Notes: generated from the letters alone by a model not told the origin. 64,000 nucleotides of DNA from Ilumatobacteraceae bacterium (GCA_009691255.1 SHUT01000001.1:865-64864), one strand, 5' to 3'; shown: positions 40,128 through 49,708, counted from the stretch's first letter. Program-made: numbers and translations.

Positions 40128-41009
40128 ATGACAACAATTCGTCTCGCCACGCGAGGCAGCGCTCAGGCAAAAAAACAGAGTGAGTTTTTGGCGCAACAAC
40201 TGATTGCAGCAGATGCTGATCTAGTGATCGAACTTGTTTTTGTCGAAACACTTGGTGACAAAAAAGCAGACACACCATTGCATGAAATTGGCGGTCAGGG
40301 TATTTTCGTCAAAGAAGTACAGCGAGCAGTATTAGACGGACACGCTGATATCGCAGTGCACTCAGCAAAAGATCTGCCATCCGAACAACAACCAGGATTG
40401 CTTATCGCTGCGTTCACCGAACGACGCACTGCTAACGACGCACTTGTCGGTTCTACGCTCGATGGGCTTGCCAGTGGAGCAACCGTTGCCACAGGATCAG
40501 TTCGTCGTCGTGCACAACTTGCACGACTGCGACCAGATCTACAGTTCATCGACTTACGCGGCAATATCAATACTCGTCTTGAAAAGATTCCCCATAATGG
40601 GGCAATCGTGATGGCGGTGGCCGCGCTTGAGGTTTTAGATCTTCAAGACCGAATCACACAAGTGTTGTCACTTGATGATGCTGTTCCAATGATTGGGCAA
40701 GGTTGTGTCGCTGTAGAAGCACGCGCTCAAGATGATGCGACGCGAACCCTTTTGCAAATCATCGATCATGCCCCAACTCGTCGTGCTGTCGAAACAGAAC
40801 GTGCATTTCTCGCTGAACTTGGTGCTGGTTGCACTGCTCCTATTGCTGCACATGTGTCACCAGACCACATACTTCGCGCGTTTATGGCCAATGACAGCAC
40901 ATCAGTGCAACTCACGGGCTCCATTCTGGGCATTCATGACCATCTTGAGGTGGGACGAGAAATTGCCAGGGAATGTCAAAAGCAACTGCGTAGAGGTCGG
41001 CGCAGTTGA
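40128..41009 (+). CDS. hemC: Hydroxymethylbilane synthase
   Basis: ATRGS, GIFVKE, AVHSAKD, RGNINTRL, GAGCTAP. Confidence 0.96.
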   Translation: MTTIRLATRGSAQAKKQSEFLAQQLIAADADLVIELVFVETLGDKKADTPLHEIGGQGIFVKEVQRAVLDGHADIAVHSAKDLPSEQQPGLLIAAFTERRTANDALVGSTLDGLASGATVATGSVRRRAQLARLRPDLQFIDLRGNINTRLEKIPHNGAIVMAVAALEVLDLQDRITQVLSLDDAVPMIGQGCVAVEARAQDDATRTLLQIIDHAPTRRAVETERAFLAELGAGCTAPIAAHVSPDHILRAFMANDSTSVQLTGSILGIHDHLEVGREIARECQKQLRRGRRS

Positions 41010-41740
41010 GCGACGAACTACTTGGTCGCACTGTTGTTGTCACGCGAGCAGCCACTCAAAATAAAGAACTCACTGAACTTCTGACCGCACACGGTGCCAA
41101 AGTAGTTGAACTGCCACTTATTGCCATCGCAGAGCCACTTGATAATGGCCGCCAACGTGATGAACTACTACAGCGTCTCAATGAGTTTGATTGGATTGTC
41201 GTGACATCGCCAAATGGTGCAGAACGCATCGTTCCATTTCTCACTCTTTCATCTGCGCTAAATAATCGCAATGATGTCACCAAAATTGCGGTGGTTGGTG
41301 AGGCAACTGCGCGCACTCTAGAGCGTGAATGTGACCTAGTCGCATCTCCTGCACGCGCAAGTCAACTTGTTCACCAATTCCCAGCAGGATCCGGGAGCGT
41401 GCTTCTTGTGCAAGGAGATCTGGCTGACACAGAAGTTGCAAACGGACTCACAGACCTTGGTTGGCATGTCACATCTGTTGTCGCGTATCGCACCGCATAC
41501 GTGCGACCAAGTCCCGACAAGATGCTTCCGGCTCTTGCTGCTGACATATTGTTATTGGCATCATCAAGTGCTGTCCTTGCGTGGTTCGACGTTTTTGGCG
41601 CATCAACTCCACCGATTGTGATCAGCCTTGGTCCGTCTACATCAAGTACTGCGACCGCACGTGGACTGAGCGTGACAGCAACAGCATCCGAGCAGAGCAT
41701 GACAGCTTTCGTGCAGGCTGCAATAGAGGCCTGTCAATAA
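41006..41740 (+). CDS. hemD: Uroporphyrinogen-III synthase
   Basis: VVVTRA, TSPNG, VGEATA, AYRT, ASSSAV, GPST. Confidence 0.92.
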   Translation: MSDELLGRTVVVTRAATQNKELTELLTAHGAKVVELPLIAIAEPLDNGRQRDELLQRLNEFDWIVVTSPNGAERIVPFLTLSSALNNRNDVTKIAVVGEATARTLERECDLVASPARASQLVHQFPAGSGSVLLVQGDLADTEVANGLTDLGWHVTSVVAYRTAYVRPSPDKMLPALAADILLLASSSAVLAWFDVFGASTPPIVISLGPSTSSTATARGLSVTATASEQSMTAFVQAAIEACQ

Positions 41741-41890
41741 GTCGTGCTGTACGAAAGCCATACGCCACAACTGAGCACCATCTCTGGCATCTGGTCTTGC
41801 GGGGGTTGTGCCGCCAGGGTGCAGACATGTTTAAAACCAAGAAAGTGGAATCAATAAATTTACGCTGAAACGCCCATAGCATTTAGAGCA

Positions 41891-42874
41891 GTGTTCCCGA
41901 CATCTCGCCCCCGACGACTGCGCGCCACAGAGGCCATGCGCGACTTGCTTGCCCAGACTCGCCTGCACACTGCTGATCTGGTCGCACCTCTTTTCGTACG
42001 AGAGGGAATTTCAGCACCTCATCCGATTATGTCGCTTCCCGGAGTGATGCAACACACTATTGATTCGCTCGTTCAAGAGGTAGTCGAGTTGCGCGATCTA
42101 GGTGTTCGAGGAGTGATTTTATTCGGAGTTCCAGCATCCAAAGATGAAGTCGGGTCAGGTGCTTTTGATCCGCATGGCGTCGCTCAAGTTGCGCTCGCCA
42201 AAGTACGTGCTGAGGTTGGTGACGAAATAGTAATTATCGCAGACCTGTGCGTTGACGAATATACATCGCATGGTCACTGCGGAATACTCGATGGTCATGG
42301 CTCAGTCGATAACGACAAGACACTTGATGTGTACTGCAAGATTGCGATTGCTCAGGCCAATGCAGGTGCACACATGGTGGCGCCAAGCGGAATGATGGAT
42401 GGTCAAGTCGGAGCTATTCGGGCAGCCTTAGATGGCGCCGGACATTTTGGCGTAGCGATAATGGCGTACTCAGCAAAGTATGCATCTTCTTTGTACGGAC
42501 CTTTTCGTGAGGCAGTTGATGTGAACATTGCCGATGGGGGTCATCGCCGAGGGTACCAACAAGATTGGCACAACAGTAACGAGGCCTTGCGCGAAGTACA
42601 CGAAGACATTGCCCAGGGAGCCGACATTGTCATGATTAAGCCTGCACTTGCGTATCTTGACATCATTAGTGCAGTGCGGCAATCAGTTGATGTGCCAGTG
42701 GCGGCGTATCACGTGAGCGGCGAATACTCCATGATTAAGGCCGCTGCCCAAAATGGTTGGATCGATCATGATGCAACCGCAATGGAGCATCTCACTGCGA
42801 TCAAGCGAGCCGGCGCAGATATTATCCTGACGTATTTTGCACGATGGTTTGCCGAATCGATGAACGCACGGTGA
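41891..42874 (+). CDS. hemB: Porphobilinogen synthase
   Basis: RPRRLR, DLCVDEYTSHGHCG, APSGMMDG, YGPFREA, MIKPA. Confidence 0.97.
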   Translation: MFPTSRPRRLRATEAMRDLLAQTRLHTADLVAPLFVREGISAPHPIMSLPGVMQHTIDSLVQEVVELRDLGVRGVILFGVPASKDEVGSGAFDPHGVAQVALAKVRAEVGDEIVIIADLCVDEYTSHGHCGILDGHGSVDNDKTLDVYCKIAIAQANAGAHMVAPSGMMDGQVGAIRAALDGAGHFGVAIMAYSAKYASSLYGPFREAVDVNIADGGHRRGYQQDWHNSNEALREVHEDIAQGADIVMIKPALAYLDIISAVRQSVDVPVAAYHVSGEYSMIKAAAQNGWIDHDATAMEHLTAIKRAGADIILTYFARWFAESMNAR

Positions 42875-44217
42875 GTATCGCTCTATGTGATCCTGTGCGA
42901 TGCGTGCAGGCTGGTTGTTCGGCAATCACTTGCAAGGGCGCTGGTGTACCCTCAAATCAACAGCTGTTCGAACGATCAGCAGCAGTTATCCCGGGTGGCG
43001 TCAATTCCTCGATTCGTGCATTTCGCGCCGTTGGTGGGACGCCCTTTTTAGTAGCGCGTGGTTCTGGTGCATATTTATATGACGTCGAAGGTCGACAGAT
43101 GATTGACCTTGTTCAAAGTTATGGTGCGATTATTTTGGGTCATGCCCATCCAGCGGTCACGGCTGCTATCACCGCTGCTGCTGTTGACGGAACATCTTAT
43201 GGTGCCCCAACGCCACGAGAAATGAAACTAGCCGAAGCAATTTCTGATCGCGTACCAAGTTGTGAGCGAGTGCGTCTGATGAATAGCGGAACTGAAGCGA
43301 CGAGCACTGCTGTTCGTTTGGCTCGCGGTGCAACCGGACGCAAACGCATCGTGACATTTCATGGCAATTTTCATGGGGCAACTGATGCGTTATTGGTGGC
43401 AGGCGGCAGTGGTGTCGCCACGCTGGGTTTGCCAGGTACTGCTGGTGTGCCAGAAGAAACAGTTGCCAACACATGGGTGGTGCCGTATAACGTTGTTCCG
43501 CATTTGGATAATGATGTTGCGGCTGTCATCGTTGAACCTGTTGCCGCCAATATGGGAGTAGTTGCCCCAGTACCAGGATTTTTAGAAGGCTTACGTGCCG
43601 AATGTGATCGCGTTGGCGCACTGTTAATTTTCGATGAGGTCATTACTGGATTTCGAATTGGACTTGGTGGGGCCCAAGCCAAGTATGACATTCGGCCAGA
43701 CATCACTTGTTTTGGAAAAGTAATTGGCGGAGGTTTGCCGATTGGTGCAGTTGGTGGCTCTGCTGACGTCATGAATCACTTATCGCCGCTCGGCCCTGTG
43801 TTCCATGCCGGAACTTTGGCGGGCAATCCGCTCGCAACTGCAGCTGGATTGGCGGCGCTCAACGAACTAGTTCCTGATGTCTATATCGAACTTTCAGCAC
43901 GGGCACGCCGATTGAGTGCGTTGCTTCGAGACGCATGCGCAAGCAACGGCATTGTGGCTCAGTTTCCTGTGGTGGGTACTTTGATAGGGATGCACTTTGG
44001 CCCAGGGCTACAAAATAATGCACCACAAAACTTCGTTGATGCAAAGACCACTGACGAGGCCTTGTACGCCAAGGTTTTCCACGCGATGTTGTCTGCTGGG
44101 GTGGCGATGGCGCCAGGTGCATACGAAGCACTATTTGTCGGACTCAGCCATGACGACGCGGTGATTAATCGAATTGGTGAAATTGCGCATGAGGCGTTGC
44201 AATGGAACAGTCACTAA
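42871..44217 (+). CDS. hemL: Glutamate-1-semialdehyde 2,1-aminomutase (start uncertain)
   Basis: IPGGVNS, NSGTEA, FDEVITGFR, FGKVIGGG.P, GTLAGNP. Confidence 0.95.
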   Translation: MSIALCDPVRCVQAGCSAITCKGAGVPSNQQLFERSAAVIPGGVNSSIRAFRAVGGTPFLVARGSGAYLYDVEGRQMIDLVQSYGAIILGHAHPAVTAAITAAAVDGTSYGAPTPREMKLAEAISDRVPSCERVRLMNSGTEATSTAVRLARGATGRKRIVTFHGNFHGATDALLVAGGSGVATLGLPGTAGVPEETVANTWVVPYNVVPHLDNDVAAVIVEPVAANMGVVAPVPGFLEGLRAECDRVGALLIFDEVITGFRIGLGGAQAKYDIRPDITCFGKVIGGGLPIGAVGGSADVMNHLSPLGPVFHAGTLAGNPLATAAGLAALNELVPDVYIELSARARRLSALLRDACASNGIVAQFPVVGTLIGMHFGPGLQNNAPQNFVDAKTTDEALYAKVFHAMLSAGVAMAPGAYEALFVGLSHDDAVINRIGEIAHEALQWNSH

Positions 44218-44819
44218 ACCGCCGCGTAGCAATTATTTTTATATTGCTTGCCGTGGTGGCTGTGTCAGTACTGTTTCTTTTTACGCACGGATCAGGTTCT
44301 GCGTCAGTTACGAGTAATGCGACAAAGCGACGCATAGATCTATTCGCTTCAGCAACAACCGTGACAGCAGACGCCGGCTGGTCAGTATTTGAGGGCCGAA
44401 CTATCGGAAAAATGCAATTGACTCTTGCCGATGACCGAGTCATTACCATCTCTGACGGAACATATGTCGATGACTACAACTCGGTAACAGCCTGCACCAA
44501 TTTTCAAGAGCAGGCGGCGTGTGTTCTTGTCGCAGACATGCTTGGCGATGCCGTGGTGTGGTTTGCACTCGTGCAGGCTGATTCAAAAAATGGAACCAAA
44601 CAACTCCGTTTACCGGGCCTTGTTGATATGCAGAGTAATGGAGATGAAGGTGTTTTGGGCAACGGTTGGATAGTTGCGCTTGGTGTTGGAGTAAAACGGG
44701 TGTGCCCCAACTCAGAAACAACATCGTTGCGTGATTTCATCACGCGTTTTGGAGGTCCCGCTGCTGTGTCAATTGTTGATCTAGAGCAGGACATTGTCGT
44801 GCAAGTTGTGTGCATTTAA
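44202..44819 (+). CDS. Hypothetical membrane-anchored or secreted protein
   Basis: N-terminal TM, four Cys; fills the gap after hemL. Confidence 0.65.
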   Translation: MEQSLNRRVAIIFILLAVVAVSVLFLFTHGSGSASVTSNATKRRIDLFASATTVTADAGWSVFEGRTIGKMQLTLADDRVITISDGTYVDDYNSVTACTNFQEQAACVLVADMLGDAVVWFALVQADSKNGTKQLRLPGLVDMQSNGDEGVLGNGWIVALGVGVKRVCPNSETTSLRDFITRFGGPAAVSIVDLEQDIVVQVVCI

Positions 44820-46102
44820 GCGTTAGGAAACAAGCGCACAATTTGTGCGGCTGCTTTATACGCCACCTCGGCTGTGCCTACTTCGTCAGGTCGTAAAAGA
44901 TTCGCCATGATTCGTAGCACCCACTCCATGAGTGTGCGCGACTGTAAACCAACCCGCGAGAGTTCGCGCATCAGCACAGGCCGACCGATGATGCGCGCGA
45001 AGAGCCTTGCCACTTTGAAGTACTGACCGTACTCGTCTTCAATCATTTTTGAGTATTGCTGCAATGCAACAGGGTCTCCGCTGACAAGTGCATCGTGTAA
45101 ACAATCTGCAGCCATGTGCGCTGTTTCGTAGGCGTAGTCAATTCCTTCACCATTAAACGGGTTAACGCTGCCAGCGGCATCACCAATAACAATGTGCGTT
45201 GGTCCAATCTTGGGACCAACCGAACCACCCATTGGAATACGACCACTCGTTGCTTTGCATGTGGGCGCATCTGGAGTGATGCCCCAGTTGTCAGCAATCA
45301 TGTGTGCATACGAATCGAGCATGTGTGTTGTGTTGACGCTTTTAAAATCACGAAAAGTAGAGAGTAGGCCTACGCCAATATTGACCGTGCCATCACCAAC
45401 TGGGAATATCCACCCGTATCCCGGCATTGAGTTCCCGTTGCGATCCTTGACGTCAAGTGCAGATTCGATCCATGGTTCGGCATGACGAGGACTTTCCCAA
45501 TATGTACGGATTGCAGTGCCGTATGGCCATTTTTTGGCGCGCGCTGTTCCGAGTGCGCGACCAAACCGTGAGTTTGCCCCGTCTGCAACTATTACGTATT
45601 TAGCGTGTATTTCAAATGTTGTGTTGTCAGCCTTTGATGTGATCACTGCACCACGAACGAATCCGCGATCGATAATCGGCGTGAGTGCTTCATGTCCCTG
45701 CAGAAGATGAGCACCCGATGACTCCGCATTTTTTGCAACCATCATATCGAGTTCGCGGCGACGCACAACATAACCATGTTGTGGATAAATCGGGTGTTCG
45801 GGCCATTGCATCTCGAGTGCTTTGCCGTGTGCCGTTGCGCGCAAACCTTCGTAGCGATGAAACTGTGTTAGTTGATCACCGAGTCCCATGTCATGAAGTT
45901 GTTTGACAGCACGAGGCGTCAGACCGTCACCACAAGTTTTTTCACGTGGGAAAGATTTTTTTTCGATGACTGTGACATCGTGCCCGAGTTGAGAAAGCCA
46001 GTATCCAGCAGCGGAGCCTGCTGGTCCGCCGCCAACTACGAGAACTTCTGTTTCTCGAGCTGGGGCATTTAGTGCCACAGGGGCAGAATCAATGTCAGTC
46101 AT
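44816..46102 (-). CDS. menJ: Geranylgeranyl reductase family protein (MenJ-like menaquinone reductase)
   Basis: GGGPAGS, FPREKTCGDGLTPRA, ADGANS, PGYGWIFP, GDAAG.VNPFNGEGI. Confidence 0.8.
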   Translation of the reverse strand: MTDIDSAPVALNAPARETEVLVVGGGPAGSAAGYWLSQLGHDVTVIEKKSFPREKTCGDGLTPRAVKQLHDMGLGDQLTQFHRYEGLRATAHGKALEMQWPEHPIYPQHGYVVRRRELDMMVAKNAESSGAHLLQGHEALTPIIDRGFVRGAVITSKADNTTFEIHAKYVIVADGANSRFGRALGTARAKKWPYGTAIRTYWESPRHAEPWIESALDVKDRNGNSMPGYGWIFPVGDGTVNIGVGLLSTFRDFKSVNTTHMLDSYAHMIADNWGITPDAPTCKATSGRIPMGGSVGPKIGPTHIVIGDAAGSVNPFNGEGIDYAYETAHMAADCLHDALVSGDPVALQQYSKMIEDEYGQYFKVARLFARIIGRPVLMRELSRVGLQSRTLMEWVLRIMANLLRPDEVGTAEVAYKAAAQIVRLFPNA

Positions 46103-46144
46103 ATCACTACTCAGTCAATCGCACGAATGACGATGTTGCGTGAT

Positions 46145-46969
46145 TTAGCCAGCGATTGATGCGCGTGGTTCTGTGCCGACGACGCCTGGTTTGTTGGGCA
46201 GACTGGCAAAGTCTTTGTCAATCGAGTCAAAGCTTGTTGACCCAGCCTCAAGACCTATGAAGATTTCTGATTCTGGTGAACACCATGTCTCGTATTCTTC
46301 TTTCCATTGTTCGCTTTTGGGGTCTGCGCCACCAATCACGTAGCGCTCATGACATACCACTGAAAGAATTTCTTCGTCTGTCAAACCGCCACCAGCTTTT
46401 TCGCCTTGCATCGGCATCGGGTTTCCGTTGTAAGACAAAGGTGCATGTGCACCACCTTCGCGATTAGGGTTGCCATAGATTGCGAGTCCGTCAGAAACAT
46501 ATTTTTGGCTGCCGGTGTATACAAAGTTGAGCATGTCCTCGATCTCGGGGAACGTCTCGAGAACTTCTCCTTGATACAGCACTCGACCAGCACCACCAGC
46601 GCCTTGAGCACCGTGGCAACCAGCGCAACCACCAAAAACTTCTGCGCCAATACTGAGTGGTCCAGCCTCTACGACGTTGGAAGGTTTGAGGGCGATGAAA
46701 TACATAAAAGCCCATAATGGCAACAGACTCAGGGTGGCCATTGCCCAATAAGGAATCTTTTTGCGAGCATTTGCGGCGGCCACGTATGGGGCAACTGGCT
46801 TGGGTGTTTGAGCCACTACTGGGGCAACGGGCTTGGGTGCCACAGCTGGTGCGTTGCTGGTTGTGGCCGGAGTAGTGCCAGAAGCGGGTTGACCAGAAGC
46901 AGTTTCTCCGGCTGCTGCGGCCCGACGCTCTTGCGAGCGCTTCAGCAGGTGTTCGGGGATTTCGGTCAC
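46145..46969 (-). CDS. Membrane-anchored monoheme cytochrome c
   Basis: TM helix, then CAGCH and a likely distal Met (NPMPMQG); N-terminal MTEIPEHLLKR. Confidence 0.85.
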   Translation of the reverse strand: MTEIPEHLLKRSQERRAAAAGETASGQPASGTTPATTSNAPAVAPKPVAPVVAQTPKPVAPYVAAANARKKIPYWAMATLSLLPLWAFMYFIALKPSNVVEAGPLSIGAEVFGGCAGCHGAQGAGGAGRVLYQGEVLETFPEIEDMLNFVYTGSQKYVSDGLAIYGNPNREGGAHAPLSYNGNPMPMQGEKAGGGLTDEEILSVVCHERYVIGGADPKSEQWKEEYETWCSPESEIFIGLEAGSTSFDSIDKDFASLPNKPGVVGTEPRASIAG

Positions 46970-47041
46970 CTCTTAACGATAGACAATCGGGGACCCACTG
47001 AAGGAATCATGTGATAAATAGGCGCCAACAGGTTGCTCGCG

Positions 47042-47059
47042 TTTTGCACAAAAGCACAA
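47042..47059. promoter_or_regulatory. Possible degenerate Rex operator in the divergent promoter
   Basis: TTTTGCA-caaa-AGCACAA. Confidence 0.4.
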
Positions 47060-47218
47060 CCACCCGTGATGGACGGGTTGGCACGAGCGGGCAAGGTGAC
47101 TTTGGTGACATGCCGAGAAATAACGGTTTCGTCTGTAATCCTGACTAGTGTTCTCAGTGGTTTCACTACTCAAAACGAACACGCAATTGTCCCTCAGTCC
47201 GGAGAACTAGCCGCCATC

Positions 47219-47695
47219 ATGCTTGCTATCAATATTTTGAAATGGCCAGGAGTCAATCAGGCTTTTGTGTTCTCTTTTGCTGCCACGTTGGTGTTTATCT
47301 ACGGCATCATGGCCTACGGAAAACGTCGCAAAGCGGGCACTGCGGTGTCATGGGGTGAGGCGATGTTCGGATCGGTATATGTGTTTTTTGTGCTGTTCTT
47401 GGCGTTTGGTGTGGTTCCTCACCAGTGGATTGATCATGCTGACAAAAATCTCGGATGGCGACAAGACAAGTTATTGCAGGGTCCTTTTGACATCTTGAAG
47501 GCCAAAGCCTTTGGCGGTCATTTCCCTTTTACAATTAGTTATGAAGCAGTGCGAGACATTGTCGTTGTAGTTATTCATGTGATTTTTATGGGCATTTTGA
47601 TTGCACTCGGTGCGTGGTGGCAAAAGCGTGGACAGGCTGTGACAAAAGAAATCGAAACTTCTCCATACGGTCGTCCGTTAGTGAAGAAGGCGTAG
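47219..47695 (+). CDS. Uncharacterised 3-TM membrane protein, first gene of the bc-nuo operon
   Basis: GGAG before ATG 47219; three hydrophobic segments; VPHQW. Confidence 0.8.
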   Translation: MLAINILKWPGVNQAFVFSFAATLVFIYGIMAYGKRRKAGTAVSWGEAMFGSVYVFFVLFLAFGVVPHQWIDHADKNLGWRQDKLLQGPFDILKAKAFGGHFPFTISYEAVRDIVVVVIHVIFMGILIALGAWWQKRGQAVTKEIETSPYGRPLVKKA

Positions 47696-47707
47696 CAGGA
47701 TTTATCC

Positions 47708-48121
47708 ATGACACGTACTGACGCCAATCCTCCGATGCCAGAGTGGTCCGATGAGTATCAACTCGTTGAAGTGGATGCCGAATATCTTGGTAAGGCCGTG
47801 AAGCCGAAACAATTCATCCATATCGATCAGAGCGAATGCATTATGTGCGAGGGCTGTGTAGACATTTGCCCATGGAAATGCATCCACATGGTGTCCACGG
47901 ATGCGATTGCGGAGTCAACTGGCATGGAAATGCCCGGAGCAGATCCGTCAGATCATGTTCTCTTTATTATTGATGACGATGTGTGCACGCGGTGTGCGCT
48001 CTGTGTTGATCGTTGCCCAACCGGAGTCATCATCATGGGCAAGGTAGGAGAACCTGCCGCAACTGGAGATAGTCACACTCGTACCAACGCCCACGGCTAC
48101 GCCTACGGTCTACGCCTCTAA
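47708..48121 (+). CDS. 2[4Fe-4S] ferredoxin
   Basis: CIMCEGCVDICP and CTRCALCVDRCP. Confidence 0.95.
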   Translation: MTRTDANPPMPEWSDEYQLVEVDAEYLGKAVKPKQFIHIDQSECIMCEGCVDICPWKCIHMVSTDAIAESTGMEMPGADPSDHVLFIIDDDVCTRCALCVDRCPTGVIIMGKVGEPAATGDSHTRTNAHGYAYGLRL

Positions 48122-48138
48122 GATAAACGGAACACCTC

Positions 48139-48921
48139 ATGGCAAAAGTAATTGATAGTCCCAGACCGACACTCAAAGAACGGGCCGCCAAGCTTGGGCA
48201 GGCCACGTTGGCAAGTCAAGCATGGACATCTATTTTCAGACCAGGCTCAATCTTTCGCAAGGGCTACACCGACAGTCCGCGAAACCGTTCATATGTCATT
48301 ATGAACTCGGTTTTGTACCACTTGCACCCAGTCAAAGTGAAGCGTCACGCAGTCAAAGTGAGCTACACACTGTGTTTGGGTGGACTGAGTTTCTTCCTAT
48401 TTATTTTGCTGACGGTAACGGGTATTTTCTTGATGTTTTTCTATCGCCCAACAGCCACAAATGCGTGGGAAGATATTCAGACCTTGCAGACATCTGTGAC
48501 GTTTGGTCTGATGGTTCGCAACATGCACAGATGGGGTGCGCACCTCATGGTCTTGACGGTCTTTTTGCACATGGCGCGCGTGTTTTATCATGGTGCATAC
48601 AAGCCACCACGTGAGTTCAACTGGGTGATTGGTGTTGTATTGTTGACGCTGACATTACTGCTGTCTTTCACTGGCTATTTGCTGCCGTGGGATCAACTTG
48701 CACTCTGGGCTGTAACGGTAGGTACCAACATGATGGGTTATTCGCCTGTCATTGGTTCGCAGGTCAGATTCGTATTGCTAGGCGGTGTCGAAATCGGTTC
48801 GGAAACACTCTTGCGATGGTATGTATTGCATGTCCTCCTGTTCCCATTCATCATTGTGATTTTTATGGCCGTGCATTTCTGGCGCGTCCGTAAAGATGGC
48901 GGAATCTCGGGACCACTGTGA
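48139..48921 (+). CDS. petB: Cytochrome b6-like N-terminal half of a split cytochrome b
   Basis: [15 protein letters not shown]...[13 protein letters not shown]-x14-H in helix D, C-terminal GISGPL. Confidence 0.9.
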   Translation: MAKVIDSPRPTLKERAAKLGQATLASQAWTSIFRPGSIFRKGYTDSPRNRSYVIMNSVLYHLHPVKVKRHAVKVSYTLCLGGLSFFLFILLTVTGIFLMFFYRPTATNAWEDIQTLQTSVTFGLMVRNMHRWGAHLMVLTVFLHMARVFYHGAYKPPREFNWVIGVVLLTLTLLLSFTGYLLPWDQLALWAVTVGTNMMGYSPVIGSQVRFVLLGGVEIGSETLLRWYVLHVLLFPFIIVIFMAVHFWRVRKDGGISGPL

Positions 48922-48937
48922 GAGAGGTGACTGCGCA

Positions 48938-49672
48938 ATGACTGAAATTCCAGAGCACCTTCTCAAGCGTGCACAAGAAGCACGTGACAAAGCAGCCGCA
49001 GCGGCCAGAGCAGATGCACCATCAGATGCAGCAGGAGATTCTCGCATCCCGCAACATTTGCTTGATCGCACTCGTGCGGCCCGTGCTGGCGGTGCAGTGG
49101 CGGTAGCAGATAAGCCTGATGCAGTAGTGGCGAGTGCACCGGCGAGTGGTGGATTGCCATTGGCCGCAGGTCCTGGTGGACACACGCAACGACTTCTCAC
49201 AGTGGTGAAGTCTGGCTCTATTCAAGAAGCCAAGACATCACCAATTGACAAAGTACACACATGGCCACATTTGCTTGCCGTCGAGTTTGTCGCTTCGCTA
49301 GCGTGCACGGCATTTTTGTTTGTTTTTTCTTGGGTCGTAAATGCGCCTTTGTTGCAAGCAGCCAACTTCAACCGTACTCCGAACCCTTCGAAGGCTCCAT
49401 GGTATTTCTTAGGTCTTCAAGAACTCCTCACGATGTTCCATCCGATGATTGCGGGCGTGACCTTGCCAGGTGTCGGACTCATCGCCCTTATCTTGGCGGC
49501 CTATCTCGATAAGAACCCATCAAATAAACCTGAAGATCGAAAATTCATTACAAGCCTGATGACAGTGCATCTCATGTTCTGGGCGGTTTTAGTTATTATC
49601 GGATCATTTTTTCGCGGACCTGGTTTCAACTTCACCTTCCCGTGGCGCGACGGAATTTTCTTTGAGTTTTAA
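48938..49672 (+). CDS. petD: Cytochrome b subunit IV (PetD-like) with an N-terminal extension
   Basis: TWPHLL, TPNPSKAPWYFLGLQELL, three TMs. Confidence 0.85.
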   Translation: MTEIPEHLLKRAQEARDKAAAAARADAPSDAAGDSRIPQHLLDRTRAARAGGAVAVADKPDAVVASAPASGGLPLAAGPGGHTQRLLTVVKSGSIQEAKTSPIDKVHTWPHLLAVEFVASLACTAFLFVFSWVVNAPLLQAANFNRTPNPSKAPWYFLGLQELLTMFHPMIAGVTLPGVGLIALILAAYLDKNPSNKPEDRKFITSLMTVHLMFWAVLVIIGSFFRGPGFNFTFPWRDGIFFEF

Positions 49673-49708
49673 AAAGCACAAGACAGAACGGATTTAGGCA
49701 ACACAGCA

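Noticed and set aside
41741..41890. hemD-hemB intergenic region as a gene or RNA
   Set aside because: No convincing ORF or stable structure seen
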